Below are positions 20,830-33,021 of a stretch of 46,877 nt of DNA, one piece after another (position 1 is the stretch's first letter; every line of letters begins with the position of its first letter). The position numbers and the translations under genes were made by a program. Under the pieces are notes generated by a model. The model was given only the letters and a program-made list of their open reading frames with translations. It ran no database searches and was not told the DNA's origin. Origin of the DNA: Neoconidiobolus thromboides FSU 785 (lineage: Eukaryota > Fungi > Entomophthoromycota). Location: positions 1 to 46,877 of the forward strand of contig MU626415.1 in NCBI GenBank assembly GCA_025603075.1. The letters are read 5' to 3'.

Positions 20830-23619
20830 ATGATGGCTAGGCCAGAACCACAAGACGAAATAATTACTAGTGAAATACCTACTGGTACTCCACCAAATCA
20901 ACAATACCCTTATTTCGATCAAATTAAAGCCCAAGGCACCTATGTTCATCCAGCTTTAATACCAAAACAGCCTTTACAAAGAAGAGCTACAGCCCCTACT
21001 TCAAGACCAAATAATAATCCCCAATTGCAGAAACATCAAAACCCACCCCAACCATCTCAATTGCCAATTAACAACCAACAGAATGGAAAACCAAAGTTAG
21101 AACGTCCAGCTACAATTCATCATCGTTATAAAAGGAAAATTGGTCCTTATACTTTGACTAAAACTCTTGGAGCAGGTAGTATGGGTAAAGTTAAATTGGG
21201 TATTCATGATGTTACTGGACATAAGGTAAGTTTTATTAGCCATAAATGGGATTAAAAGAATAGTAATTAACATGTTTCTATAGGTAGCAGTCAAAATCAT
21301 CACTCGAAAAGTCAAAAAAAGCAATGCGTCATCCGATAAAGATGAAGATGCTGCGTTAACTGATATGGCACATGAAGATAAAAGGGTAATGAGAGAAGTC
21401 AGTATATTATTTTTACTTCACCATCCATTTATTGTTAAAATGGTGGATTTTATGGTTACTCCTCACCACTATTATTTAATGTTTGAGTATGTGGAAGGAG
21501 GTCAATTATTAGATTACATTATTTCTCATGGTAAATTGAATGAACGTACTGCGAGGAAATTCGCTAGACAAATTATTTCTTCTTTAGGTAAGGGATATTT
21601 TATTTTGCGACGTTTCAGTTTATTTATTTATTTATAGATTATTGTCATCGTAATTCAGTTGTCCATAGAGGTATTATATTATATATGTATATACATGTTA
21701 TACTTTTATTAATTTATTTTACTTTAGATCTTAAAATTGAAAATATATTAATATCTAATTCTGGTAGTATAAAAATCATTGATTTTGGTTTATCTAATCT
21801 TTATTCATCTAAATCTCAACTATCTACTTTTTGTGGTTCCCTTTATTTTGCAGCACCAGAATTATTAAGTGCCAAGCCTTATACAGGTCCTGAAGTAGAT
21901 ATTTGGAGTTTTGGCATAGTACTATATGTGTTAATGTGTGGAGAAGTACCCTTTGATGATAAATCAATGACAATGATTCATCATAAAATTAAACGAGGTG
22001 TAGTCAAATACCCAGCATGGTTATCACCTGATTGTCGCCATTTATTATCACGTATATTAGTCACTAATCCAAGTGAGAGAGCTACAATGGTTGAAATTAT
22101 GCAACATCCTTGGATTAATAAAGGATTTCATGGACCTCCAGATTCTTATTTTCCAAATCGATCAGCGCCTGAATTACCAGTAGATTTAGAAGTAATTAAA
22201 CAAATGACTGGATTTCAATTTGGTAGTCCCGAACAGATACAAAAACAAGTAGATAAATCTATCAAAGAATATTTGAAAGAAGCCACATCGCCTACTTTTT
22301 CACCAAGATTAACACCCTGTAATAAGTCAGTTAAAGCACCTATTAGTTATCCTTATCTTTCTATTTATTCTTTGGCTAAAGAAAAATTAGAAAGGGAAAA
22401 GAACAATGACCAATCTATTGTCGTTAAAGAAGAAGATCGTATTGATGAAGACAGTGAAAAATCAAACAGTCATATTGTATTAACTGCCGATTCTGGTTTA
22501 AGTCGATCTAAATCTTGTAAACCTACAATGAATGGTGTAAGTGGAAGATATAATGCAATACCATCAAGACCATCCCAATTAAAAGAATCCAATATGAATC
22601 AAACTAATTTACGTTCAAATGAAACCAATAATGATATAGTTAACAATAATAATAATTCAACTACTATTAGTAGAAATAATAGCGACCGACGACCATCTAA
22701 TGGCACTTTATTACCACCTAATTCAGTAGAAATGACTAAAGATAATCCAACTCCACGTCGCACATCAATCAGATTTAGTGATAAATCACAGATACAAAAA
22801 GTACCCTCTACTAGAGTTAATAAAGAGAAAAGATTATCTGAACCTTTAGAAAAAGTAGAATCAACTGCAACTACAGCCACAACTACACCAACTATACCTG
22901 TATTATCCGTACCTAATGAGCCAATAAAAACCCCACAACGTAAACCTAGTCGATTGGAGAAAATATCCCATTTTTTGAATCGTGGTAGTAGTTTAAGAGA
23001 AGTTAAAACACCACAACCAGCTACTGAAGAGATACATTCTCCTTCAATAAAATCACCCCCAACTAATAATGAGAATCCAAAATTAGATACGAATATACAA
23101 CCTGTATTCCTTAAGGGTTTGTTTTCTGTAGCCACAACAAGTACTAAAAAACCTAAAATAATTCGAGATGAAATATTGAGAGTATTGAAAAGTATGAATA
23201 TGGTATGGCATGAAGGGGATGGCTATATTTCAGTAGCTAAAAATCCAAGCTCACTTAATGCTACCCTTTCACCAATTTTAAGAAAAGTATCTTATACTTC
23301 AAATTCAGAATTATCTTCCAACGAAAATAGTGATAATACAAGAGAAGAGTTTAGTTTACCACCATCCATTCATGAAGTTATTGAAGAAGAAGGAGAGGAT
23401 AATGGAGGCTCTAAAGAAAACCAAATAGGGAAAAGGAAGATGAGAGTCAACAAAAAGAGTTTAATGAAAGAAGGAACTAAGTTAGAAGTTCGATTTGAAA
23501 TACAAATTGTTAAGTTATCATTGATTCGATTATACGGTATTAAATTTCGTCGATTGGTAGGTCATTCTTGGGAGTATAAAGAAATTTGTTCGGAAATTTT
23601 GTCCAAGTTGAGAATATAG
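20830..23619 (+). CDS. KIN1: KIN1/Par-1/MARK-family Ser/Thr kinase with C-terminal KA1 domain; multi-exon
   Basis: [27 protein letters not shown] (split by an intron), [15 protein letters not shown]; KA1 motifs [16 protein letters not shown] and VRFEIQIVK...GIKFRRLVG. Confidence 0.92.
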
Positions 23620-23953
23620 GTAGGAGGTGTAATGAGAGTAATTATGTTATTATTTTAATTTTGGTCAAATAGTAGTGTGAGTGGTGGGAAGTAGAGGAGA
23701 AAGAGGCTTATTACATTTATTCTTTTTTTTATATTATTGCGAATTTTATTTTTTTGGTGAGGTTGCAATAGATTGATGAGGAGGATTATACATTCTATTT
23801 TAGCTTTTTTAATAAAATATTATTTTTGAAAAAATTATGTCATGCCTATAGTTGCTATTCGTTATTTTGAATTAATATTGAGATCCAAAATTGGAAGCTA
23901 AATTAAAATAAACTCAAATAAAAAATTGAAACTATTACCTTTTAAAAATAAAG

Positions 23954-25162
23954 ATGACCCCCAATTCCAATTTATTGAAATTTCAACAAAAGCTATTAAT
24001 AAGTAAAGAAAAAGCTCAATTGTTTGATCGATTTTTAAACAATTATTTCAATAGACAAGATAAAAACGATGAAATTGTAAGTATAATATATCAATTGTCT
24101 TATGACAAAACTAACTCTCTCTATTAAAAGTTAGTAATAAAATTCATCACAGATAATGTTACTACATATTATCATTTAAATTCAGTATTTGAATATTTAT
24201 GTAGCACAGTCATGATTGATAGAAATCCAGAGATGAGAGTGAAGTTATTAAATTTAATACCCAATTTAGTTATACAAGCATATGAAAATAATCAAGTTTA
24301 TCAGTTTGATTCGATTAATTTATTTTTATATTATTTGATGTATGATTCATTTTTGAATTTAGAATTGAAATTTGTAGACTATTTTAAACAAGTAAGTATA
24401 ATTTTACTGTTGTTTTATTTTGTTTATCGAATTATTTACTTTTACTTTCAGTTACTCATTTCCTGGTCAAAAATACCATATTTTACTTCTATCAATTTGC
24501 CCCTTTTAATCTCCACCACTACCACCTTCCTATCCTTAAACCCAGTTGGAAATTCAACCAATGGCTGCTACATACCAATTTCTAACTTTGAAGATCTTAG
24601 AATTAACAATTATGAATCCAATATTCTCACTCATTATCAAACTCAAAGTTTATTTCAAACAAGTACCAATTTCTTTATTCCACAAAAAAAGGAGTATATT
24701 CCACCTCCAAAGTATCCAGATGCTACTATAGAAGAGACTCTTAATAGCTTCAGTCAAAAAGAAAACTCGGATTTACCTTATCAATCAAACATTAATATAA
24801 CACTTCAAACTAGTAATAACAACAATAATGTTCTACCTTTGACTAACTTTAAATACCCTTATGACGATAACTATCGACAATTACCCTATCATCAAATACC
24901 TGTTGGTGTTATGGTTGATATATTAAAGACAAATAATGAACCATACCAACCCATTCCTATTTCATTAGCCAATAAATTACCACACTTAAAAGATAAAACT
25001 AATACGATTGAAAATGCTTTAACAGAATACTATCAACGGATAGAGAGGAAAGAAGAAGAAGGAATAGAGGGAGAAGGGGATAAAAATTTAATGTATTTAG
25101 GCTTTAATTTATCTAAAATCAATCAAGTTATACACAATAGGTATCAATTATTATATGAGTAA
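23954..25162 (+). CDS. CID (CTD-interacting domain)-like protein with a CHERP-like C-terminal motif
   Basis: ATG at 23954 with introns at about 24079..24130 and 24392..24451. The helical N-domain ends LLISWSKIPYF (CID-type W..F). LPYHQIPVGVMVDILKTNNEPYQPI...ENALTEYY resembles the CHERP motif PYFDLPAGLMAPLVK..DHEYKPL...AVEAFY, as recalled rather than searched. Confidence 0.55.
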
Positions 25163-25265
25163 ATAAAATATTATATCACAAAAACAAAAATAAGACATAA
25201 AGTACATATTGATATTTTATTCATTATTATAGTTTTAAACTCCTGAACTTTCCATTTATAAATTT

Positions 25266-26898
25266 TTATAACTTATCTTGCAATTGTTCTTTAACTTCAT
25301 CAAAACTATTTCTTGATTCATACGATTGTTGCATGGAATTATATCTCAATAATCCTTCATAATTATTATTAATACTTAATTGACTCTTCCCCCCATTACC
25401 CACACTAGCAAATGAATTTCTATTAACTTCATTAGCTAATTTATTTCCAACTTTAAACTTTAACTTCCTTTGTGAAAGTTTACTTTGCACTCTTGAGGAT
25501 GCTCTTGAACTTTGGTAATTTTCTGTAACTTTACGTATAGCTTTAATACGATTTGCTACATCAATATAAACATCCGTTTCATCTATAATTTCTTCTTGTA
25601 TTAATTCTTCAAGTACATCTTCAAGTGTGATAATACCCAAGGGCGTGGATTTATCATTGTCACTAACAACGACGGCCATATGAGCTATTTAAAAAAAAAA
25701 GAATTTAACATATTAAAAAAAACAATAATAAAATAAAACTTACAAGTTCCTTCTTGAAATGTATTTAATAAATCAAATAAACTGGACATTTCACTAACTT
25801 TAGGAATATTATAAATCTTAACCATTTTCAATGGAGTACCCACATTAGGTTTTAACATAATTAGAGACTTGGTTAATAATAAACCAATGATATCATTCCT
25901 ATCTTTGCAATAAACAGGGATTCTAGAATGACCAGCTCGATAAATATCTCTTAATGTTATCCAATTTAATTCACATTCTAAATCTACCATAAATACATGT
26001 TTCATAGAGGTCATGATATCTTTTGCTTTTTTGTAACTTAAATCTAATGCTCCACGAATAATGGTTACTTCATCATGGCTTAAACTACCTCCATTAGTGG
26101 AGCCATGAATAGCAACTAATTCTTTTAATTCTGCAATATTATAAATTAATAAATTGATTATTTTTCAATAATATTTCTATTCTTTAATTTACCTGCTCGA
26201 CGATACATAACTCCATGGTTTTCACCTAATAAATAATCTAATGTATAAGCAAAGGGATAAGAGATAGGATACTAAAAAAAGAAAATTATTAAATTATATT
26301 CCATTATAGTAAATTAAATCCTAACTAATATAATAATTAATAACCTCACTGGCCAAGCGAAAAAGGCACCAATCCTAAGTCCATGTCGAGCACAAACCGC
26401 TTGGGGAATCACTTCACCAAAAATTAATATCAAAATAGTAGATATAATGACAGCTGATAAGCCAGAACCAAACATGGATTCAATTAATATTGGTAAAGAC
26501 ATATTAGTTAATGTATTAGCTAACATCATAGTCACTAATAGTAAATGACCATTTTCTCTAATTGGTAAAATACGTAAAGCCCATCGACGTTGTTGTTCAT
26601 CTTGACTATTGCTAAGAATTTGTAAATTTGTTTTATCCAAAGACATGAGACCCAAAGTTAAGCCTAAAACAATGGATTTTAATATATATTTTAAACTCAA
26701 TTAACATGTTAATTCACCCGCTAATAAACCGCCTAAAGCAACTAAAAAGATGACCAAAAATAATTTCCATAAAGAAGCTTCATGCTTTTCTTCTTCAAGT
26801 AGATGGATGGATAAACCAACACTCTTTTGTAGCATAAACAAAAATGAGGTGATGATGTTGAGCAACCATTTACTTAAGATAATGTTTCGTAATCGCAT
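25266..26898 (-). CDS. MAM3: CNNM/Mam3-type metal (Mg2+) transporter, DUF21 + CBS pair, paralogue 1
   Basis: [67 protein letters not shown]. Introns at 26664..26717, about 26271..26328, 26131..26192 and 25685..25743. Confidence 0.9.
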
Positions 26899-27515
26899 TC
26901 GTTTTTATTGGAAGTTTTTTTGTAAAAGGGAATTGAGGTGAATTTTGAGTTTCTGGCTAGAATTTATAGATAATTAAAAAATAGAGAAATAAAATTATTC
27001 TAGATTTTGAAGTGTAAAAAGAAAAGTATCTATATATAGTATGGTTTATTCTAAGGTATAAAGAACAGACCAATAAAAAACAGAACAACTGATCATTTAT
27101 TGGAAAAAACTAGTTTAAAATTTCATCTTTAAAAATAAATTATGATTGTCCAGAATATTTAGTCAATTTGAAATCAATAAAGTTAATAATAGATTAGATA
27201 ACAGATAATGGGCAAAACTTGAGTATTTATGGGGAAAGATTATGAACGCATTTAACTCATTTGTTGTAGTTAAATAACGATATTAGTTTAAGACTAAAAT
27301 AACTGATAAGATTTTATTATTTGATATAAACTATAAATAACCCTATTTACCCCTTTTATAACCTGGCTAATTATTCTAAATTCCAAATATTGCAAAATCC
27401 GATCCATATTAATTAAAATAATTTGAAATGAAAAATCAAAAACTCATTTTTTAGTCATTTGAAATTTTGAATTCTTTAAAACTATAGCGTTATTTTATAT
27501 TTCTATTCCTTTAAG

Positions 27516-29183
27516 ATGTTATCCGACATACTAAAAACTATTGAAGCATACGAAGTAGCTCTTAAATTAGTAGCCATTTTCTTTTTAGTTTGTTGCGGTG
27601 GTTTAATCACTGGTAGCTTAATTAATCATTTCTTCCCCCATTAATAAACTAATCCCATCTTTTTATTAGGTTTAACCCTTGGCCTTATGTCCCTTGATAA
27701 AACGAATTTACAAATTCTAATGAATTCAGGGGACTTACAGAAGAGAGAATGGGCCATGAAAATTCAACCTATACGAGAAAATGGCCATTTATTATTAGTT
27801 ACCTTTTTATTAGCAAGTACATTAACTTTTGAATCTTTACCCATTTTAATTGATCCTTTACTCGGTGGTGGTGTATCTGCTATCCTTTTTTCAACTTTTT
27901 TAACCTTGGTATTTGGCGAAGTAATCCCACAAGCTATTATTACAAGACATGGACTCTGGTTTGGAGCTATGTTTGCTTAGTAAGTTAAATTGTATAAATT
28001 ATTATGATTTACAAATTGAAAAAAAAAAATTAGTCCAGTTCAGGTACTTATTTGGATCATGGTAATATTTCTATAATTATTCTAATTCAGCAATATTAAC
28101 AGTATTTTCAATAAAGTATATCTTTGCTTATCCAATAGCATTATTATTAGATTGGATCCTTGGAGAAAATCATGGAGTATTGTATCAACGTAACGAATTA
28201 AAAGAATTAATGGCTATTCATGAAGCTAGCCACGGAGGTAGCTTAACTACGGATGAAGTAACAATCATTCGAGGGGCACTAGAATTAAATGAAAAAACAG
28301 TATTAGATGTGATGACAAGTATGGAACATGTTTATATGTTGGATTTAAATTCTCATTTAGATTGGAAAACATTGACTGAAATTCAACGGGCTGGTTATAC
28401 TAGAATACCTATTTATCAAGTTACTAAAGATAACATAGTTGGGGTACTATTAACCAAATACTTGATTTTAATTGATCCAGATGATGAAACTCCAATTAAA
28501 AATGTTAAAATTCATCCTATTCCGAAAGTTAAACCCGATTTATCTTTGTTTGATTTATTAAATGAATTTCAAGAAGGGGCAAGTAAGTATTGATAATATT
28601 TTTATTTATTTATTTATTTTTACTTTAATTAGGTCATATTGCAATTGTAAAAGATAAACGGAATAATGAAGCTATACCCATTGGTATAGTTACATTAGAA
28701 GATGTAATTGAAGAATTAATACAAGAAGAAATTATAGATGAAACGGATGTTTATGTTGATGTACCAAAAAGAATTCGAGCAGTTAGAGCAGCTAGTGGAG
28801 CTATTCGATTAAATAGTCAAGGAGTTAATAATAATAGCCAATATAATACCTTTGTTAAAAATTCATATTTAAAATCAGGACATTATACAGCTAAGAAAAA
28901 TAATGAAACACAACCATTATTAAGCCGTAATAATCTAAAATTAAAAAAACGATTATTTGCTTTACCTAAACCAAATGTATTAGTACATTCTCAAGATGAT
29001 AATTTATGTCATGAAGAATTACATCGATTTTATACTAACGAAGACGAAATTCATCATCATTATCATCTAAGACCAGGTACTGAAGAAGATTTGAAAAGAT
29101 ATAATGACAACCGTACAATTTCAACCCATCCAAATCAAAGAAGTCCTAATTCACCAGACCATTTAACTATAGGTTCCATTTAA
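27516..29183 (+). CDS. MAM3: CNNM/Mam3-type metal transporter, paralogue 2
   Basis: ATG at 27516 (MLSDILKTIEAY...CCGGLITG); [51 protein letters not shown]. Introns at 27613..27669, 27980..28033, about 28062..28118 and about 28583..28632; TAA at 29181..29183. Confidence 0.9.
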
Positions 29184-29296
29184 TTTTTTAAACAAATAAA
29201 TGAATAAACAAACTCTATTTTTTATATTTGCATTTTAAAAATAATTTATTTAATACTAAGAATAATAGAATACAATAAACTGTTTTATTATGTTTT

Positions 29297-31722
29297 TTAA
29301 AATAAAAATCTTATTCCATTTTGTTTTGGTTCCGTATTTAATAAAAACCAAGCTTTAATTTTAGAATCCCTTTCTAAATTAATAGTCTCATCTTTTGTAG
29401 TAAAAAATTGGTCCCTCAGCTTAACTAAAACACTTTCACTATATTGATTTAAACAAGAAAATATTAACTCAGAGTATAAATTATTATTGTTATTATTATC
29501 ATTATTATTCTCTTCATTTATTAAATTGCAGTTATTACTTTGTTTTATAATATTATCATTTAATAAGATGTTATTTAATAAATGCCAACAAAATTCATCA
29601 ATTTCTTGTTTTCTACAAAAAAACTTTTCATAAAATTTCGAATACAATTCCATGTCTTTTTGATTTAAATAATAACTAATAATAATACAACCGGCTGCTA
29701 CTGTTTGAGGTGTAAAGCTCAAACATATTTCAAATTTATAACTTTCATTAATTAATAGCCAGGCTAGTTTGCCAATCTCTCTATTGATATTATAAATTTT
29801 AACTAATGAAAATAATACATTTTGTGGGTGAACAAATAAAAATGAAAAATTAATAATAGCTAATAAATGTTTTTCTAATTTCAAACATTGAGTTGTTAAA
29901 TCCATTATTGTTTCTTTAAATCCTAAACTATGCTTGGGATATTTTTTCTTTAATAATGAAATAGCACTCCGCAACACATCATTTAATTTATGCACTGTAT
30001 CTTCTAATTTACATGCTAAAAATACACAAGTGATGGCTATATCCTAGATAAATAAAACATATAAAAAAGGGTATTTATAAATACTCATTATAACCCTTAC
30101 CTTTGGAGAAAAATCGAGTGCGGAAGCTTGAAATAAATAAAACCGATAAAAAGTATATAATGCTCTATTAATACTTGTGGTTGGAATGGCCAAAGTTTTG
30201 CCTAAATTAATAATCATAGAGCAAATTAATTGTTGAAATTGAAATAATTGTTTGAATTGAATATGTGGATGAAATAAACTTTTAGATAGTTCAATTTCTT
30301 TGATACTAATATATTTCTTATTCTTTCGAGTACCAGTGTATTCATCTTCTGATATTTCACCTATCCCAACGCTTTGTAATAGATTGGTTTTTAATTGTAA
30401 GGGGACTTCATTTGTAGTTAGATGCCATAAACCATTGGCTCGATTATCTATTTGTTCTTGTAATTCTTTTTGTAATTTTAATTTTATTTGTTCTTTCTTT
30501 AAGATCGCTTGTCCCTCTTTTTCTTTTTCAATTATTTCTAGTTCACTTTCTTGATCTTTTTGTAAATCTCGTTGATAACTTTCTCCACTCTGTAATGAAA
30601 CTTGAGTTACTGTAGTAACCACTTCTTTATTTATTATTGAATTATCCTTTCTTAATGTGCTTTCTTTACTTTCAATCACTGTGCTTTTTCTTTGTATTAA
30701 ATCTTTATTCTCAATAGAACTATGTTTCCTTTGCACCGTTTCTTTAAGTTGAACTAAGCTACTTTTCCTTTGAGTTGGTGTACACTCTTTATGTCCAACA
30801 AGGCTATTTTTCCTTAATGTTGGTACCAAGTCTTTATTCTCTGATAAGCTATTCTTTCTTAATGCTACTTCTTTATTTTTAATTGAGATATCTTTCCCTA
30901 AACTTGGTGCCCTAGCTTCAACCAAACTACTCTTTCTTGAAACTACTTCTTTATTTCCAATTAAACTATTACTTTTGGAATTTACTATTTGATTTGTGAT
31001 TAAACTATTATTTTTTGGTGTAACAACTTGACTTTCAGATAAACTATTTTTCCTGGCCACAATGTCCTTCGTATGAATCAAGCTACTACTTCTTGGAGTT
31101 CCTCCTCTACTTTCAGTCAAACTATTTTTTCTTTGAGTTAATGTGGATTCTTTAACTTCAGCCAAGATATTCTTTCTTTGAGTTGTTGATTCTTTATTAT
31201 CAATCAAATTATTCTTTCTTATAATAGACTCTTTTTCTTGGAGCAAGTTCTTTTTTTTCTGAGTACTCTCTTTATTGCCAATGCCATTTCGCTTTTTTTG
31301 TGGCAATACTTTGTTATTAATGAATACTGTCTTTTTATGAGCTGGTTCTTTAGTCACAGACAACATTTCATTTTTTTGAGTTACTTGACTATCGTGCATC
31401 TCATTAACCAATTCATCCACCTGATCCTCTTTGACAACAGGTAACACAATTTTAATAATATTCTTTGGGTCCTTTTTCGGTTTCTTTTTCTCTTTTTCTT
31501 TATCTTTTACAACTTTAACTCGTTCTTTTTTAACCTTTTTTTCTTCTTTTTCCTCTATCATTGTAGGTTCAATACCTAAAATATAGAATATATAGAGTTA
31601 TCTACGTTTAATTGATGAGTTGTAAGTTGGATGAAATAATTACCTAATAATTTTTGTTTTGCTATTAATTCTTCCCTTTCTCTTTGTTTATCTTTTTCAC
31701 TTTTGCGTCCTCTTTTAGCCAT
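29297..31722 (-). CDS. Transcriptional cyclin (cyclin K/T, Ctk2/Pch1-like) with a long Lys-rich, repeat-containing N-terminal extension
   Basis: The cyclin box across an intron reads INRALYTFYRFYLF...FSPK|DIAITCVFLACKLEDTVHKLNDVL, with second fold FTPQTVAAGCIII. ATG at 31722 (MAKRGRKSEK). Confidence 0.75.
30629..31273 (-). repeat. Coding tandem array of about 16 imperfect 13-15 aa repeats, consensus KE-x(2-4)-RKNSL-x-E(N/S)
   Basis: Residues 97-311 of ORF 30044..31561 contain 4x RKNSL, 2x RKSSL, RKHSS, RKST and degenerate units. Confidence 0.85.
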
Positions 31723-31868
31723 TTTTTAATGCTCTTAAACTGATTAAAAAAAGAAAAAAGAAAAACTTCAAATTTATAAATAGTCAAAAGTATAATTTAT
31801 TAAAAAATCAAAAAAATAACAAAAAATTGACAAAGATAAATAACAATAAAATCGAATAGATTTCTTCA

Positions 31869-32758
31869 TTACTTTTTAATGAATTTTAATATATATAATT
31901 TTTCTCTTCCTGCTTTACGAATTTTCAAGATCTAATAAATAATAAATATTATACATTGTTCAATAGTATTAAAATAGATTTTACCTCTCCTACTAATCCG
32001 ATTTCTTTAGCCTCTTCAATCAACTCTACTGGTTTGTTTTCAGCCACTGTCACCAAATAAAACACTCCTTTATCTGCCAACAATTCCTTGACTTGAGTCA
32101 TAAACTGATCAATAACTCTCCTACCGAATTTACCACCTGCCCAAGTAGCTGTAATAATATCATCAAATAATGTATCTTTTGTTGAGCTGTACACTTTATC
32201 ACTCGAAAAAACCTCATTATCTTCTGTTTCTACATAAGGTGGATTGAATACAATAATATCTAATTTGATTCCCATCCTTAGACTAGAAACCAAATTACAG
32301 TTGATTAAATTCAAAGTTAGCTAGAATTAATTTTAATTTTAATTTTAATGAAAATAGTAATTATTTTATCCTATTTATAATTAATGTTTTCTATAATACT
32401 CACCTCATTTAACTTGCCATTTTCTTGACATTTCCTTAATGCATATGGATTAATATCCGTACCCATCAATACCACCTCCCTCTCCAGCCTCCTTTTTATC
32501 AATTTACCTAAGAAGTTTAATACCATACCACTACCTACACCGACTTCTAAAACCATACATGGGGTCATATCTTTCAGCTTGTTTCGAGTTAAATCCTCTT
32601 CTAAAGTATCCATTAAAGTAAATGTATCTTCTAATAAATTAAAGAAGTAAGTGCTGTGAGGGAGAATAATCTAATTTGAGTTACTTGCCAGCAGGTTCAT
32701 AAAGTTTCAAATAATCGATGTCCGATACTAAGGTTGGAGTTGGAATTGGACTGTCCAT
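31869..32758 (-). CDS. MTQ2: HemK-family eRF1 glutamine methyltransferase (Mtq2/N6AMT1)
   Basis: IPTP, YEPA|EDTF (GC-AG intron at 32631..32688), LEVGVGSG, TDINPYA, DIIVFNPPYV, WAGGKFGRRVIDQF and last exon RKAGREKLYILKF. Confidence 0.92.
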
Positions 32759-33021
32759 TAATAAATTTAATCTATGTAATCTATTTTTTTTTGAAAATAG
32801 TGAATTAAGTTTGGTTATTTAGTAAATTAATAATTTATTATCTTTTTATAAAAAATCCTGAATTGACCCAAAAAAATTCCAAATTCTTGATGTAACCAAT
32901 CAAGTAGCAAATGATGTCAGCTATTTTCAGTCTACATAGCTAAGTGTTACTAAGTAAGTTGAAGCCAAAAAAAATTATACTATAATATTTTTATATTAAT
33001 TTTTCAATAAAAACAAAACAA

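Noticed and set aside
23954-31722. CID protein and CTD-kinase cyclin as a functional Pol II CTD cluster
   Set aside because: They are separated by two unrelated CNNM genes, both family assignments are tentative, and proximity alone is not evidence.
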